From: Oceanispirochaeta sp.
GTDB lineage: Bacteria; Spirochaetota; Spirochaetia; DSM-2461
Assembly: GCA_963663385.2 (NCBI GenBank)
Contig: CAXXXD010000003.1
Coordinates: 480,001-544,000, forward strand
DNA: 64,000 nt
Direction: 5' to 3'
The notes beneath the pieces were generated by a model that saw nothing but the letters and a program-made list of their open reading frames with translations, was not told the DNA's origin and ran no database searches. The translations under genes and the position numbers were made by a program. Shown piece by piece: positions 1-8,770 of the stretch. The stretch's first letter is position 1; the number at the start of each line of letters is the position of its first letter.

Positions 1-1
1 T

Positions 2-1042
2 CTGGCTCCCATCCGTCTTAATAAGCCTGAATTAATAAATTCCGATTTTCCCGTACATATTCACCGGGAGGATGCCAACGATCTTGTAAAAAACGTAAAG
101 GGAGTGGATATCGCTTACCTGGACCCTCCCTATAACCAGCATCAGTACGGCAGTAATTATCATATGCTTAACACCATTGCCCGCTGGGATAAAATTGCCG
201 CCCCCCTTGATCTGAACTCCAAAGGGGAGCTGAAGGAAAAAGCGGCGATCCGGAAAGACTGGGTGGATACCCGGTCCAGTTACTGCTACAGGAACTCGGC
301 GGCTTCATCCTTTGCCGATCTGCTCCAGAACCTGGATGCCAGGTATATTCTTATCAGTTACAGTACGGACGGTATCATCCCCTTTGAAGAGATGAAAGAG
401 ATCTGCCGCCGGAAGGGTCGACTTAAGATTGTAACGAATGAATACACCAAATACCGGGGCGGAAAGCAGAGCAACTCCCGCCTGAATACGAATATCGAGT
501 TTATCCTGATTGTGGATACTACGGCAAAACCGACGACAGCTTCCATGCGGAAGGTGGATACGGTTATTGAACATAACAGGCTGCGTCTGCTCTTTAAAAA
601 CAGTTTTTCCGAAGCGAAACTGAGGGAACATGCCCTGACAATCAGCGGCGGTAAAGTGGTTTTCAAGATAATAGACAGGGAAATGGAGATTGATACAAGG
701 GATTATTTTGAACTTACCCCCCCGTCCGGTATGGAGAATCTGAATCTGGAAGAGGCTTATATGCTGGGGATGAAACTGAAAGGTTCCATGTGTATGACCA
801 AGGAAGAGGAGCTGGATGAGATACTGGACAAGATCGACGGGGATACGGACAGAAACCTCTATTTTATCCGTCTTATACCGGACCGTCTTAAAAAACTGGC
901 CCATAAAAAGAACAGAAACAGGTTCTACCACTACCTGGAAGCGATCCGTCGGATAGAATCGGAACATGAAGAACTTTATTCGCTGATAAAAAAAAGGATA
1001 GACAGTATTGAATCTCTGGCAGAAAAGCGGTTCAGTAATTGA
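2..1042 (+). CDS. N6-adenine DNA methyltransferase (D12/Dam-like class), 5'-partial, with long C-terminal extension
   Basis: YLDPPYNQHQYGSNYH catalytic motif IV and YILISYS motif; frame is open back to the window edge (LAPIRLNKPELIN...). Confidence 0.85.
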   Translation: MAPIRLNKPELINSDFPVHIHREDANDLVKNVKGVDIAYLDPPYNQHQYGSNYHMLNTIARWDKIAAPLDLNSKGELKEKAAIRKDWVDTRSSYCYRNSAASSFADLLQNLDARYILISYSTDGIIPFEEMKEICRRKGRLKIVTNEYTKYRGGKQSNSRLNTNIEFILIVDTTAKPTTASMRKVDTVIEHNRLRLLFKNSFSEAKLREHALTISGGKVVFKIIDREMEIDTRDYFELTPPSGMENLNLEEAYMLGMKLKGSMCMTKEEELDEILDKIDGDTDRNLYFIRLIPDRLKKLAHKKNRNRFYHYLEAIRRIESEHEELYSLIKKRIDSIESLAEKRFSN

Positions 1043-1052
1043 GGGGGGGGAC

Positions 1053-1853
1053 GTGAGAACTTCAGCAATGCAGATCAGTATAATCCGGGATCTGCCTTTC
1101 CTGCTCCGGGAGGGGTGGGAGAAAATACGGCGGCATGACCGCTTCCTGTTAATTCTATGGGCTGTATTCTATATACCCACCAATTTTTTTACCTACTTCC
1201 GCCTGGAACCCTATCTGGAACAGGCTGATATTCTGAATTTCCGGGGGGATGTCGCCTTTGCCATGCTGCTACTCAATATCCTGGGATATATTCCTATGAT
1301 TGCCATTGCCCTTCTTATGCGGGAGGAGAGTGACGAATATGACGGTCTGGTAATGGATGCTTTCCGGCATCTGCCATTTTTTATTACAACATCACTGGCC
1401 ATGGCTGTGCGTATAGTTCTGCCCGTGCTGGGGCTGTTCCTGCCCGCTGTCTTTCTGATTGTATCTCTGGCTGCCGCGGGTTTTACCTATGCCGTTTTAC
1501 AGTGGATTCTTATTCCGTATTTTATTTTCCTTTTCTGCTGGACATTTATGAGGTACTATTCATCGACAATGTTTTATCTGATGAAGGGAATCCGGAATTT
1601 TAAAGCCGCCCGCTACAGCGCCGCTCTGTTTTCTTCCAACAGAAAGCTGATGATCCGGTTGCTGGGCATTTTTATCGTGATACCCCTGTTGATTAACTAT
1701 TCGGCTGTTTTTCTTGTGGAGGACAGCCTGGTTTATATGATTGTCAGTATGATTGTGGGAGTCTACATATATATAGCCAACGGCATATATGCCAATGTCT
1801 TTCACTATCTGGACTGGGATGATAATGAGGAGAGCAGCGTTGAAAATAAATGA
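1053..1853 (+). CDS. Polytopic membrane protein of unknown function
   Basis: About 6 hydrophobic segments; GTG start at 1053 after a G-rich RBS. Confidence 0.7.
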   Translation: MRTSAMQISIIRDLPFLLREGWEKIRRHDRFLLILWAVFYIPTNFFTYFRLEPYLEQADILNFRGDVAFAMLLLNILGYIPMIAIALLMREESDEYDGLVMDAFRHLPFFITTSLAMAVRIVLPVLGLFLPAVFLIVSLAAAGFTYAVLQWILIPYFIFLFCWTFMRYYSSTMFYLMKGIRNFKAARYSAALFSSNRKLMIRLLGIFIVIPLLINYSAVFLVEDSLVYMIVSMIVGVYIYIANGIYANVFHYLDWDDNEESSVENK

Positions 1854-2007
1854 ACAGTCTGCCTTTGGTTCCTGTCTTGTCTGACGGCAGGCAGTATTCT
1901 GGGAAATCGGCAGGAGAACACGGAACTCTGCTGAAATCCACGGGATTCCTGCTGAAATGTGGAATCTTTTGAATTCCGGATTTATACTAAAATAACAGGT
2001 GTATGAA

Positions 2008-3009
2008 ATGTATACTCGAAAAAAAGAAAAATGGATTCCTGTACGGAAATCCAATCTGAAATATTATGATGATCTGAGTTTATACTATCTGAATAAAACA
2101 TCAGGGAACGTGATGCTTTATAAATCGGCGGGTATGAAAATTTCCGATTCCCGCTTGAAGGATAAACCCTATACGGGAGATTTATATATACGTCCGGAAG
2201 ACAAGAAAACCTGTCTGCGAGCGGCTCAGAAGGGTTTCAGTGTTGATCTGACTCACAAGATTATGAAAGAGGGCGTGGGAGAAGTAAAGGCCGGTTTAAT
2301 CAATCTGATTGATGAAACCCTGAACGAACCAAGAGCCGGCGGTCTGGAGGTTGTCCCTGAAACAATGGAGGCCATTGTGGACGGTTACTCCCGGCAGCCG
2401 GAGATAATTAAAAACCTGGCAAAAATATCCCACAGCGATTATACAACAACCATTCATTCCATCAATGTAATGGCACTGACTGTCGGGTACTGCTTCTACA
2501 AGAATATGAGTTTTAATACGACCGTACAATACGGACTGGCGGCTCTTTTTCATGATATCGGCAAGACCGAGATCCCCATTGATATACTGGCGGCTCCCCG
2601 GAAACTGACGGACAGTGAATTTCATACCATGCAGAACCATACGGTACTGGGGGCAGAGATTCTGCAGCTTAACGGACCGGCCGTACATTCAGCAATTCCC
2701 GGAGCTATGGAGCATCATGAAAAAATTGACGGAACCGGATACCCCGGCAATAAAAGTCAAATTTCAGAGATCGGTCAGATACTGGGTATTATTGATTCCT
2801 ATGAAGCGATAACAAATGATGAACGTTTGTATAGATCCGCCATGGAACCTCTTGATGCTCTGGCCCTTTTAAAAGAGGAAGTTGATAAAAAGAGATTAAA
2901 CAAACAGATCTTTGTGGATTTTGCCTATAGTCTGACAAATTTCTCAAAAAACGGGAGTCGAAGTCGTTATAAAGAGGTTTTTAACGGCTGGAATCTGGCC
3001 GAAGTCTGA
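2008..3009 (+). CDS. HD-GYP domain c-di-GMP phosphodiesterase-family protein
   Basis: HSINV, HDIGK and HHEKIDGTGYP motifs; start could be GTG 1999. Confidence 0.88.
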   Translation: MYTRKKEKWIPVRKSNLKYYDDLSLYYLNKTSGNVMLYKSAGMKISDSRLKDKPYTGDLYIRPEDKKTCLRAAQKGFSVDLTHKIMKEGVGEVKAGLINLIDETLNEPRAGGLEVVPETMEAIVDGYSRQPEIIKNLAKISHSDYTTTIHSINVMALTVGYCFYKNMSFNTTVQYGLAALFHDIGKTEIPIDILAAPRKLTDSEFHTMQNHTVLGAEILQLNGPAVHSAIPGAMEHHEKIDGTGYPGNKSQISEIGQILGIIDSYEAITNDERLYRSAMEPLDALALLKEEVDKKRLNKQIFVDFAYSLTNFSKNGSRSRYKEVFNGWNLAEV

Positions 3010-3058
3010 AATTATTACTTAAAAAGGCTTTCATTATGATTCAGGAAACTAATAATAC

Positions 3059-3823
3059 TTGTATACAGAATATGAGGTAACACAAGTGGTTGATGAATAT
3101 TATATGTATCTTCACCGTGATATGCCCCGTCAGGGACCGGGATCTGCCAGATCTACAGGTATTGCGTCAGGTTTACTGCCCGGGGGGAACTACAAATCCA
3201 TTCTGGATATAGGCTGTGGTCCCGGAATGCAGACGATGGACCTGGCGGAGCTCTATCCGGAAAGCAGTATCACAGGGCTGGACTATTATGAAGTCTTTCT
3301 GAATCAGCTGGAAGAATCCTGCCGGCAGAGGTCAATAGAAAATGTAGTGACATGCAGGGGGTCCATGACGGAGCTTCCTTTTCAACCTGATACTTTCGAC
3401 CTGATATGGTCGGAGGGTGCTATTTATATTATGGGGTTTGAAGAGGGCCTTAAGGAGTGGAGGAGGTTTCTGAAAAAAGACGGGTGTATTGCTGTTACAG
3501 AACTGACCTGGCTGACGGTAAATCGTCCTGATGAACTCAGGAAGTACTGGTTTGATAACTATCCCGATATGAAGGATATAAGGGAAAACCTGGAGATTAT
3601 AGAAAAAACAGGTTACCGGATTCAGGGGATCTATGTGCTTCCCGCGGTGGATTGGACGGAGAGCTACTACAACCCGTTACTGGAGAATATGCAGAAGGAA
3701 GTCGGCCGGCCTCTTACAGAGAGTCAGATGAACTGCCTCGGATCGGAATACCTGGAAATGCAGATGCAGAAAGATTACCCTACCTGTTTCAGTTATGTTT
3801 TCTATGTAATGCAGAAAGCCTGA
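3059..3823 (+). CDS. Class I SAM-dependent methyltransferase
   Basis: ILDIGCGPG motif I and FDLIWSEGAIY. Confidence 0.88.
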   Translation: MYTEYEVTQVVDEYYMYLHRDMPRQGPGSARSTGIASGLLPGGNYKSILDIGCGPGMQTMDLAELYPESSITGLDYYEVFLNQLEESCRQRSIENVVTCRGSMTELPFQPDTFDLIWSEGAIYIMGFEEGLKEWRRFLKKDGCIAVTELTWLTVNRPDELRKYWFDNYPDMKDIRENLEIIEKTGYRIQGIYVLPAVDWTESYYNPLLENMQKEVGRPLTESQMNCLGSEYLEMQMQKDYPTCFSYVFYVMQKA

Positions 3824-3843
3824 GTTAAAAGGGGTCTGATGCC

Positions 3844-4671
3844 ATGTTTTATGAATTCCCCGGTGGAAAGTTATTTTATAAGGTGACCGGAAAAGGGACT
3901 CCTCTGCTGATTGTTCATGGTTTTGCTGTGGATCACAGTATGATGGAAGCTTTTCTGGAACCGGTCCTCGGCAGATCCGAATTGTGGAAGAGGGTGTATG
4001 TTGATCTGCCCGGTATGGGAAAGAGCGATTCCCTTCCGCTGGATAAATACGCAGATGATGCCTGTGCTCTGTTAAGCCGTTTCATGGAGGACACTTTTCC
4101 GGGCGAACCCTATGGTCTGGTGAGCCATTCCTTTGGAGGGTATATTACCCGCCATCTGATCTATTCTCACCCCGGGAGAATTATTGGGGCTTTCTTTGCC
4201 GCTCCGGTGATCTATCCCATGATAAATGAGAGGACCCTGCCCCCGCGGGAACAGCGGTTCAGGGACAAATCCCTTGAATCAAGGTATCCTGAAGACTATG
4301 AATCCTATTCCAGAACCGCAGTGATTGAATCAGAGTATGGAATAAAGATGTATCTTCAGTATATCAAGCCGGTTCTGGAGAGACAGAACCGGGCGAATCT
4401 GAAATTCTATCAGAAATCAGGGTACTCCTGTTCCGTAGATATTAATCGACTGAAAAAGCCCTTCCGAAGTCCCTGTGTGTTTTTAACGGGGCGTCAGGAT
4501 GAAATTGTTGGAACCGAAGACACTCTGGTTCTTCAAAAAGACTATCCCTGTGCCGATTTTATCCAGATGGACGATGCGGGGCATAATCTTTTTTTTGAAC
4601 AGAAAGACTTCTTTGAACAGATTCTGCAGCACTGGCTGAACAGAATGGCAGAACAGGCATCTAGAAAATAA
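3844..4671 (+). CDS. Alpha/beta fold hydrolase
   Basis: VHGF, DLPGMGKS, nucleophile SHSFGG, GRQD and C-terminal AGH. Confidence 0.88.
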   Translation: MFYEFPGGKLFYKVTGKGTPLLIVHGFAVDHSMMEAFLEPVLGRSELWKRVYVDLPGMGKSDSLPLDKYADDACALLSRFMEDTFPGEPYGLVSHSFGGYITRHLIYSHPGRIIGAFFAAPVIYPMINERTLPPREQRFRDKSLESRYPEDYESYSRTAVIESEYGIKMYLQYIKPVLERQNRANLKFYQKSGYSCSVDINRLKKPFRSPCVFLTGRQDEIVGTEDTLVLQKDYPCADFIQMDDAGHNLFFEQKDFFEQILQHWLNRMAEQASRK

Positions 4672-4802
4672 TCAGGCAGTGCTTTTTCAGAGCAAAAAAG
4701 GACTGCTGCAAAAGTGATCTTTGTCTCTATTGCAGCAGTCCTATTATCAATATCTATATATAAACGGATAATCCTCTGAAAGGATCTCCGCGACTGACCC
4801 AA

Positions 4803-4821
4803 CCGCCTGCAAGGCAGGCGG
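4803..4821. terminator. Hairpin between convergent genes, likely hsp20 terminator
   Basis: CCGCCTGC-aag-GCAGGCGG 8-bp stem directly after the hsp20 stop. Confidence 0.55.
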
Positions 4822-4827
4822 CGAAAC

Positions 4828-5256
4828 TTATCCGTTAACCTTTATGGAAAGGGGGGCGGGTTTTTCCCTGCGGGGGAGTTCCAGGGTCAACAGACCGTTT
4901 TTCATTTCAGCCTGGATGCCGTCCTGTTTCAAATCCTCCGGCAGAACAAAACTTCTCTCGAAGGCAGTTTTTCTTTCCTCTTCTTTCCCCTCTTCATTCA
5001 GTCCCGCTTTGTGAAGTGCTTTGATGGTTAAAAGATTATCCTTTACCTGCAGATCCAGATCCTCAGCTCCAAAGCCGGGCAGTTCCACAGTCATGGTTAC
5101 AGCTTTTTCATCTTCCGATACGTTAACCTTGGGTTTACGCACTTCTTCTTCTCTTCTTCCTGCGGGCATGTCGAAAAAGGAATTGAACATTCTGTCCATC
5201 TCGTTCCAGGGATTTACCGCTACAGCGGGTTTTCTTCTTACTACAATATTTGTCAT
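4828..5256 (-). CDS. Hsp20/alpha-crystallin small heat shock protein
   Basis: ELPG, FERSFVLP, AEMKNGLLTLELP and C-terminal IKV motif; GGAGG RBS. Confidence 0.93.
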   Translation of the reverse strand: MTNIVVRRKPAVAVNPWNEMDRMFNSFFDMPAGRREEEVRKPKVNVSEDEKAVTMTVELPGFGAEDLDLQVKDNLLTIKALHKAGLNEEGKEEERKTAFERSFVLPEDLKQDGIQAEMKNGLLTLELPRREKPAPLSIKVNG

Positions 5257-5298
5257 ATCTGACCTCCAGATTTTATTTGCTTAATCTGCATTCTATAT

Positions 5299-5314
5299 TG
5301 CAATCCCTGTGCCA
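5299..5314 (-). promoter_or_regulatory. Sigma-54 (-24/-12) promoter of hsp20
   Basis: Minus strand reads TGGCAC-AGGGA-TTGCA, canonical spacing, ~40 nt upstream of the ATG. Confidence 0.8.
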
Positions 5315-5647
5315 ATTTTTTCTGTTTTTTTCTAATGTGTTTCAGTATAAGAAAATAGATTGATTTTTCATATAGAGCTGTTTCCAGGGGAGTACGATTT
5401 TCCTTTTTTTCTGTTTCTGATTGATTCAAACTTCTCCCAGGCTGAATAATGTGAGTCATACTGACACTCCCCGAAAACCCGTACCCTTTTTTCTGTATCA
5501 GATCAGTCAAAATGAACCGGCCTGTCTGAAAAACTATTCCAGACAGGCCTCTATTAAGGAGAAAACCGTACCCTGGAATCTATTCACAAATACACTCCCT
5601 TCCGCTATGATAATATAATACTATTCAATTTATCGGGAGTGGGGACT

Positions 5648-6940
5648 ATGACCATACAGGAACGGGCGGCAGATGCCCGCAAGGCATCCTTGAATCTGGC
5701 AGCTCTGGGCGGGAGTGTGAAAAACCGTGCCCTGGATGCCATGGCGGATGGTTTGAAGAGCCGTATGCAGGAAATACTGGATGCCAACAGGGAAGACTGC
5801 GAAAGGAGTGAGAGGGAGAATATTCCCGGACCGCTGCTAAAGCGCCTTGCTTTTGGAGAGGAAAAGATCGCTCAGGTCATTGACGGCATCCTTAGTCTTA
5901 AAAAACTCCCCGATCCTGTGGGAAAAACCCAGCTGTCAACAGAGCTGGATGAGGGACTGGAACTGTACCGTATCAGCTGCCCTATCGGGGTAGTGGGGAT
6001 TATTTTTGAATCCCGTCCCGATGCGCTTGTTCAGATATCCTCTCTTTGTCTGAAAAGCGGAAATGCCGTTCTTCTGAAGGGCGGATCGGAAGCGGCTCTC
6101 ACAAACCGGATTCTGGCGGATATAATCAGTAACGCCACGGTCGAAGCCGGTCTTCCCGAAGGCTGGATTCAGCTTGTGGAAACCAGGGCTGATGTAAACG
6201 AGATGTTTAAGCTCAGCGAAAGTATCGATCTGCTGATACCACGGGGATCCAATGCTTTTGTCAAGTATATTATGGAGAACTCCAGCATACCCGTACTGGG
6301 GCATTCTGACGGTATCTGTCATATCTATCTGCACGGTGATGCGGATCCTGCCAAGGTCATCCCGGTGCTGATAGATTCAAAAACCCAGTATGTGGCAGCC
6401 TGCAACAGTGTGGAAACCCTGCTTGTTCATAAGGATGCCGTAACTCTTCTGCCGCAGATAAAAGAGTCTCTGGAAAGCCGGAATGTGGAACTCTGCGGCT
6501 GTGAACGAACCTGTAAAGTTATAGACATCCCTTCCGCTGCCCCTGAAGACTGGGCTACCGAATACGTAGACTATAAACTGTCTATAAAGGTGGTGGATTC
6601 CCTGGACGAGGCTATTGATCATATCAATACATACGGATCGGGGCATACAGATTCCATAATGACGGAAGACAAGGGGGCCGCCGCCCGTTTTATGAACCTG
6701 GTGGATGCGGCCGGGGTGTTCTGGAACTGTTCCACCCGTTTCAGCGACGGTTTCCGTTTCGGCTTCGGGGCGGAAATCGGTATCAGCACCAGTAAAATCC
6801 ACGCCCGCGGTCCTGTCGGCCTTGAGGGCCTGATGATCTATAAATACAAGGTCCTCGGCAGCGGTCAGACGGCCGCCATGTATGCCAGCAGGGAAAGAAC
6901 TTTTAAACATGCCCCGCTGAACAGAGACTGTCCTCTGTAG
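5648..6940 (+). CDS. proA: Gamma-glutamyl phosphate reductase (glutamate-5-semialdehyde dehydrogenase)
   Basis: IFESRP, KSGNAVLLKGGSEA, ACNSVET, STRFSDGFRFGFGAEIGIST, HARGPVGL. Confidence 0.96.
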   Translation: MTIQERAADARKASLNLAALGGSVKNRALDAMADGLKSRMQEILDANREDCERSERENIPGPLLKRLAFGEEKIAQVIDGILSLKKLPDPVGKTQLSTELDEGLELYRISCPIGVVGIIFESRPDALVQISSLCLKSGNAVLLKGGSEAALTNRILADIISNATVEAGLPEGWIQLVETRADVNEMFKLSESIDLLIPRGSNAFVKYIMENSSIPVLGHSDGICHIYLHGDADPAKVIPVLIDSKTQYVAACNSVETLLVHKDAVTLLPQIKESLESRNVELCGCERTCKVIDIPSAAPEDWATEYVDYKLSIKVVDSLDEAIDHINTYGSGHTDSIMTEDKGAAARFMNLVDAAGVFWNCSTRFSDGFRFGFGAEIGISTSKIHARGPVGLEGLMIYKYKVLGSGQTAAMYASRERTFKHAPLNRDCPL

Positions 6941-6966
6941 ATAAACATTAAACAGGAGTATACCCG

Positions 6967-7494
6967 ATGAATCGTATAAATATTGAACCGAAGGATCTGA
7001 CCGTTAAGGCGACGGATATCTGGGCTGATCGATGGCTTATCCTCACGGCGGGAGATTTTAAAAGCGGTAAATATAATCCCATGACAGTGGCCTGGGGCAG
7101 TATCGGGACCATGTGGCATAAACCCTTTGCCCAGGTGGTTGTCCGGCCTCAACGATATACTTTTGAATTTATGGAACGCTACCCGGATTTTACCCTGTCC
7201 GTACTGCCTGCAGAGCAGAAGAAAGCCATGCAGCTGATGGGTTCCGTTTCCGGAAGGGACAGGGATAAAATTTCCGAGGCCGGACTGACTGTTATGGCTT
7301 CGGAAATAGTGCAGGCTCCCGCTTATGATGAGGCGGAACTGATTCTGGAATGCCGCACCCTCTACACGGATAAAATGCGCCCCGAAGGTTTCAAGGATCC
7401 AGCCCTGGATAACAACTATAAAGCCGCGGACTATCACCGGATCTACTTTGGAGAGATCCTGAGGGTATCCGGTCTGGATAAATACCGGTCCTGA
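6967..7494 (+). CDS. Flavin reductase-like (flavoredoxin family) protein
   Basis: NPMTVAWG, VRPQRYT, GSVSGRDRDK, YHRIYFGEI. Confidence 0.85.
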   Translation: MNRINIEPKDLTVKATDIWADRWLILTAGDFKSGKYNPMTVAWGSIGTMWHKPFAQVVVRPQRYTFEFMERYPDFTLSVLPAEQKKAMQLMGSVSGRDRDKISEAGLTVMASEIVQAPAYDEAELILECRTLYTDKMRPEGFKDPALDNNYKAADYHRIYFGEILRVSGLDKYRS

Positions 7495-7529
7495 TTCTAT
7501 CTGCTCCGGTCGATCCGGATACGGGGCAT

Positions 7530-8399
7530 TTAATAAATCCTGCTTTTAATGGAGAGGATCATTGTCAGGGATGAAATTATACCGATAAAAAGGATTATCC
7601 CGAAAATGACTACTTCTGCAGGATTAAGGGAAATCCCGGACAGGGTCATGGTAATCATCATGGCTGTAAGGGCCAGGGCCATAGTCAGCAGTTTCATCAA
7701 TAGAACAGCTCCCAGGGTTATTCCGAAGGCTTCCCTTTTCAGAATCTGAATCCCCGCCAGGATACAGGCGGGAACGATGACTGCCAGATCATGGGTTTGA
7801 ATGGTCAGGCTCGAGTAGTGTTCCAGGCCGTAGGGAGCTGTCCCGCTCAGCAGGGCGGGAACAATCCTCCCCAGCCATAGAAGGGTCAGCAGAATCCCCA
7901 TCCCGATCAGATAGGATCCCAGAAAACGGCGGGGAAAACGATGTGACAGGGAGGCTTTTACCTCCTCCTTGTCTATTCTCATGAATTCCCGGATCAGGGC
8001 AAACAGGGAAAGGCTGAACAGAAACACATACAGAAGGTACAGTTCGTTAAAAATACTGAGGTAGGCATAGGAACTGTAGGTATAGAGAAAATAACCCAGA
8101 CAGCCCATGTATAAAAGACGGCCCCTCATGGAACCTTTTCGCTTAAACAGGAATGACGCGATAAAAAGAGGGATCCCGAATACCAGAGTAACCGCATCCT
8201 GTCCCCGTGCCTGGGCGGCTACAGATACCGAGTCGTTTTTGTATAATCCCCTGTTTTCCAGCTGGACTATTTCATTCCGGACCGTTTCGTATGACCGGGG
8301 CGGGACTGTCCTTTCTCCCGGAAAGAAGCCTGAGATTGAAGCGATCCCCGCTCCCAGGCAGATAAAAATTAAAAGTAAAGAGGATAATCCTGATTTCAT
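7530..8399 (-). CDS. Polytopic membrane protein of unknown function
   Basis: About 8 TM segments, GQD and YFLYTY motifs; GGAG RBS. Confidence 0.75.
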   Translation of the reverse strand: MKSGLSSLLLIFICLGAGIASISGFFPGERTVPPRSYETVRNEIVQLENRGLYKNDSVSVAAQARGQDAVTLVFGIPLFIASFLFKRKGSMRGRLLYMGCLGYFLYTYSSYAYLSIFNELYLLYVFLFSLSLFALIREFMRIDKEEVKASLSHRFPRRFLGSYLIGMGILLTLLWLGRIVPALLSGTAPYGLEHYSSLTIQTHDLAVIVPACILAGIQILKREAFGITLGAVLLMKLLTMALALTAMMITMTLSGISLNPAEVVIFGIILFIGIISSLTMILSIKSRIY

Positions 8400-8770
8400 T
8401 AGTCATTTCTCCCATTGAATATATTCAGTATAACACCTGAAAAACGGATTTCTGTTATTGTATAGTTTATACTGAAAATCAATGTATTACTTATTTCAGC
8501 AGCTTACAAGAAGGGAATTCCGGCTGGTACCGGCGCCAGCTTTATCGATGATCTTCCGGCTTCGGTCCAGCTGGCTATAGGGTCGGCGGTTGTACCTGTC
8601 AAGGGGGTGAAAGACAGGAATCGCTTTGAATTATTCCTGTTTATCCCTTTTTATTTTGCTTTTCATTTTATCCGCTTTGTAATAGACTTTTACTTCTGAA
8701 AGACCGTTGACAGGCACAGCTGTGCGGATCAACTAATTGCATCAACTGTGTTTTATCGTAGGAGGACATC

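Noticed and set aside
1043..1050. G8 tract between the MTase and membrane protein genes as a phase-variation switch
   Set aside because: Short, doubles as the RBS, and similar 8-9 nt runs occur elsewhere (e.g. near 39886 and 55977) without frameshifts
8511..8625. Cobalamin, c-di-GMP or M-box riboswitch, SRP RNA or tmRNA identity
   Set aside because: Only fragmentary resemblance (AGGGAA..CCGG, GGGGGTGAAA); the conserved cores are missing, so left unassigned
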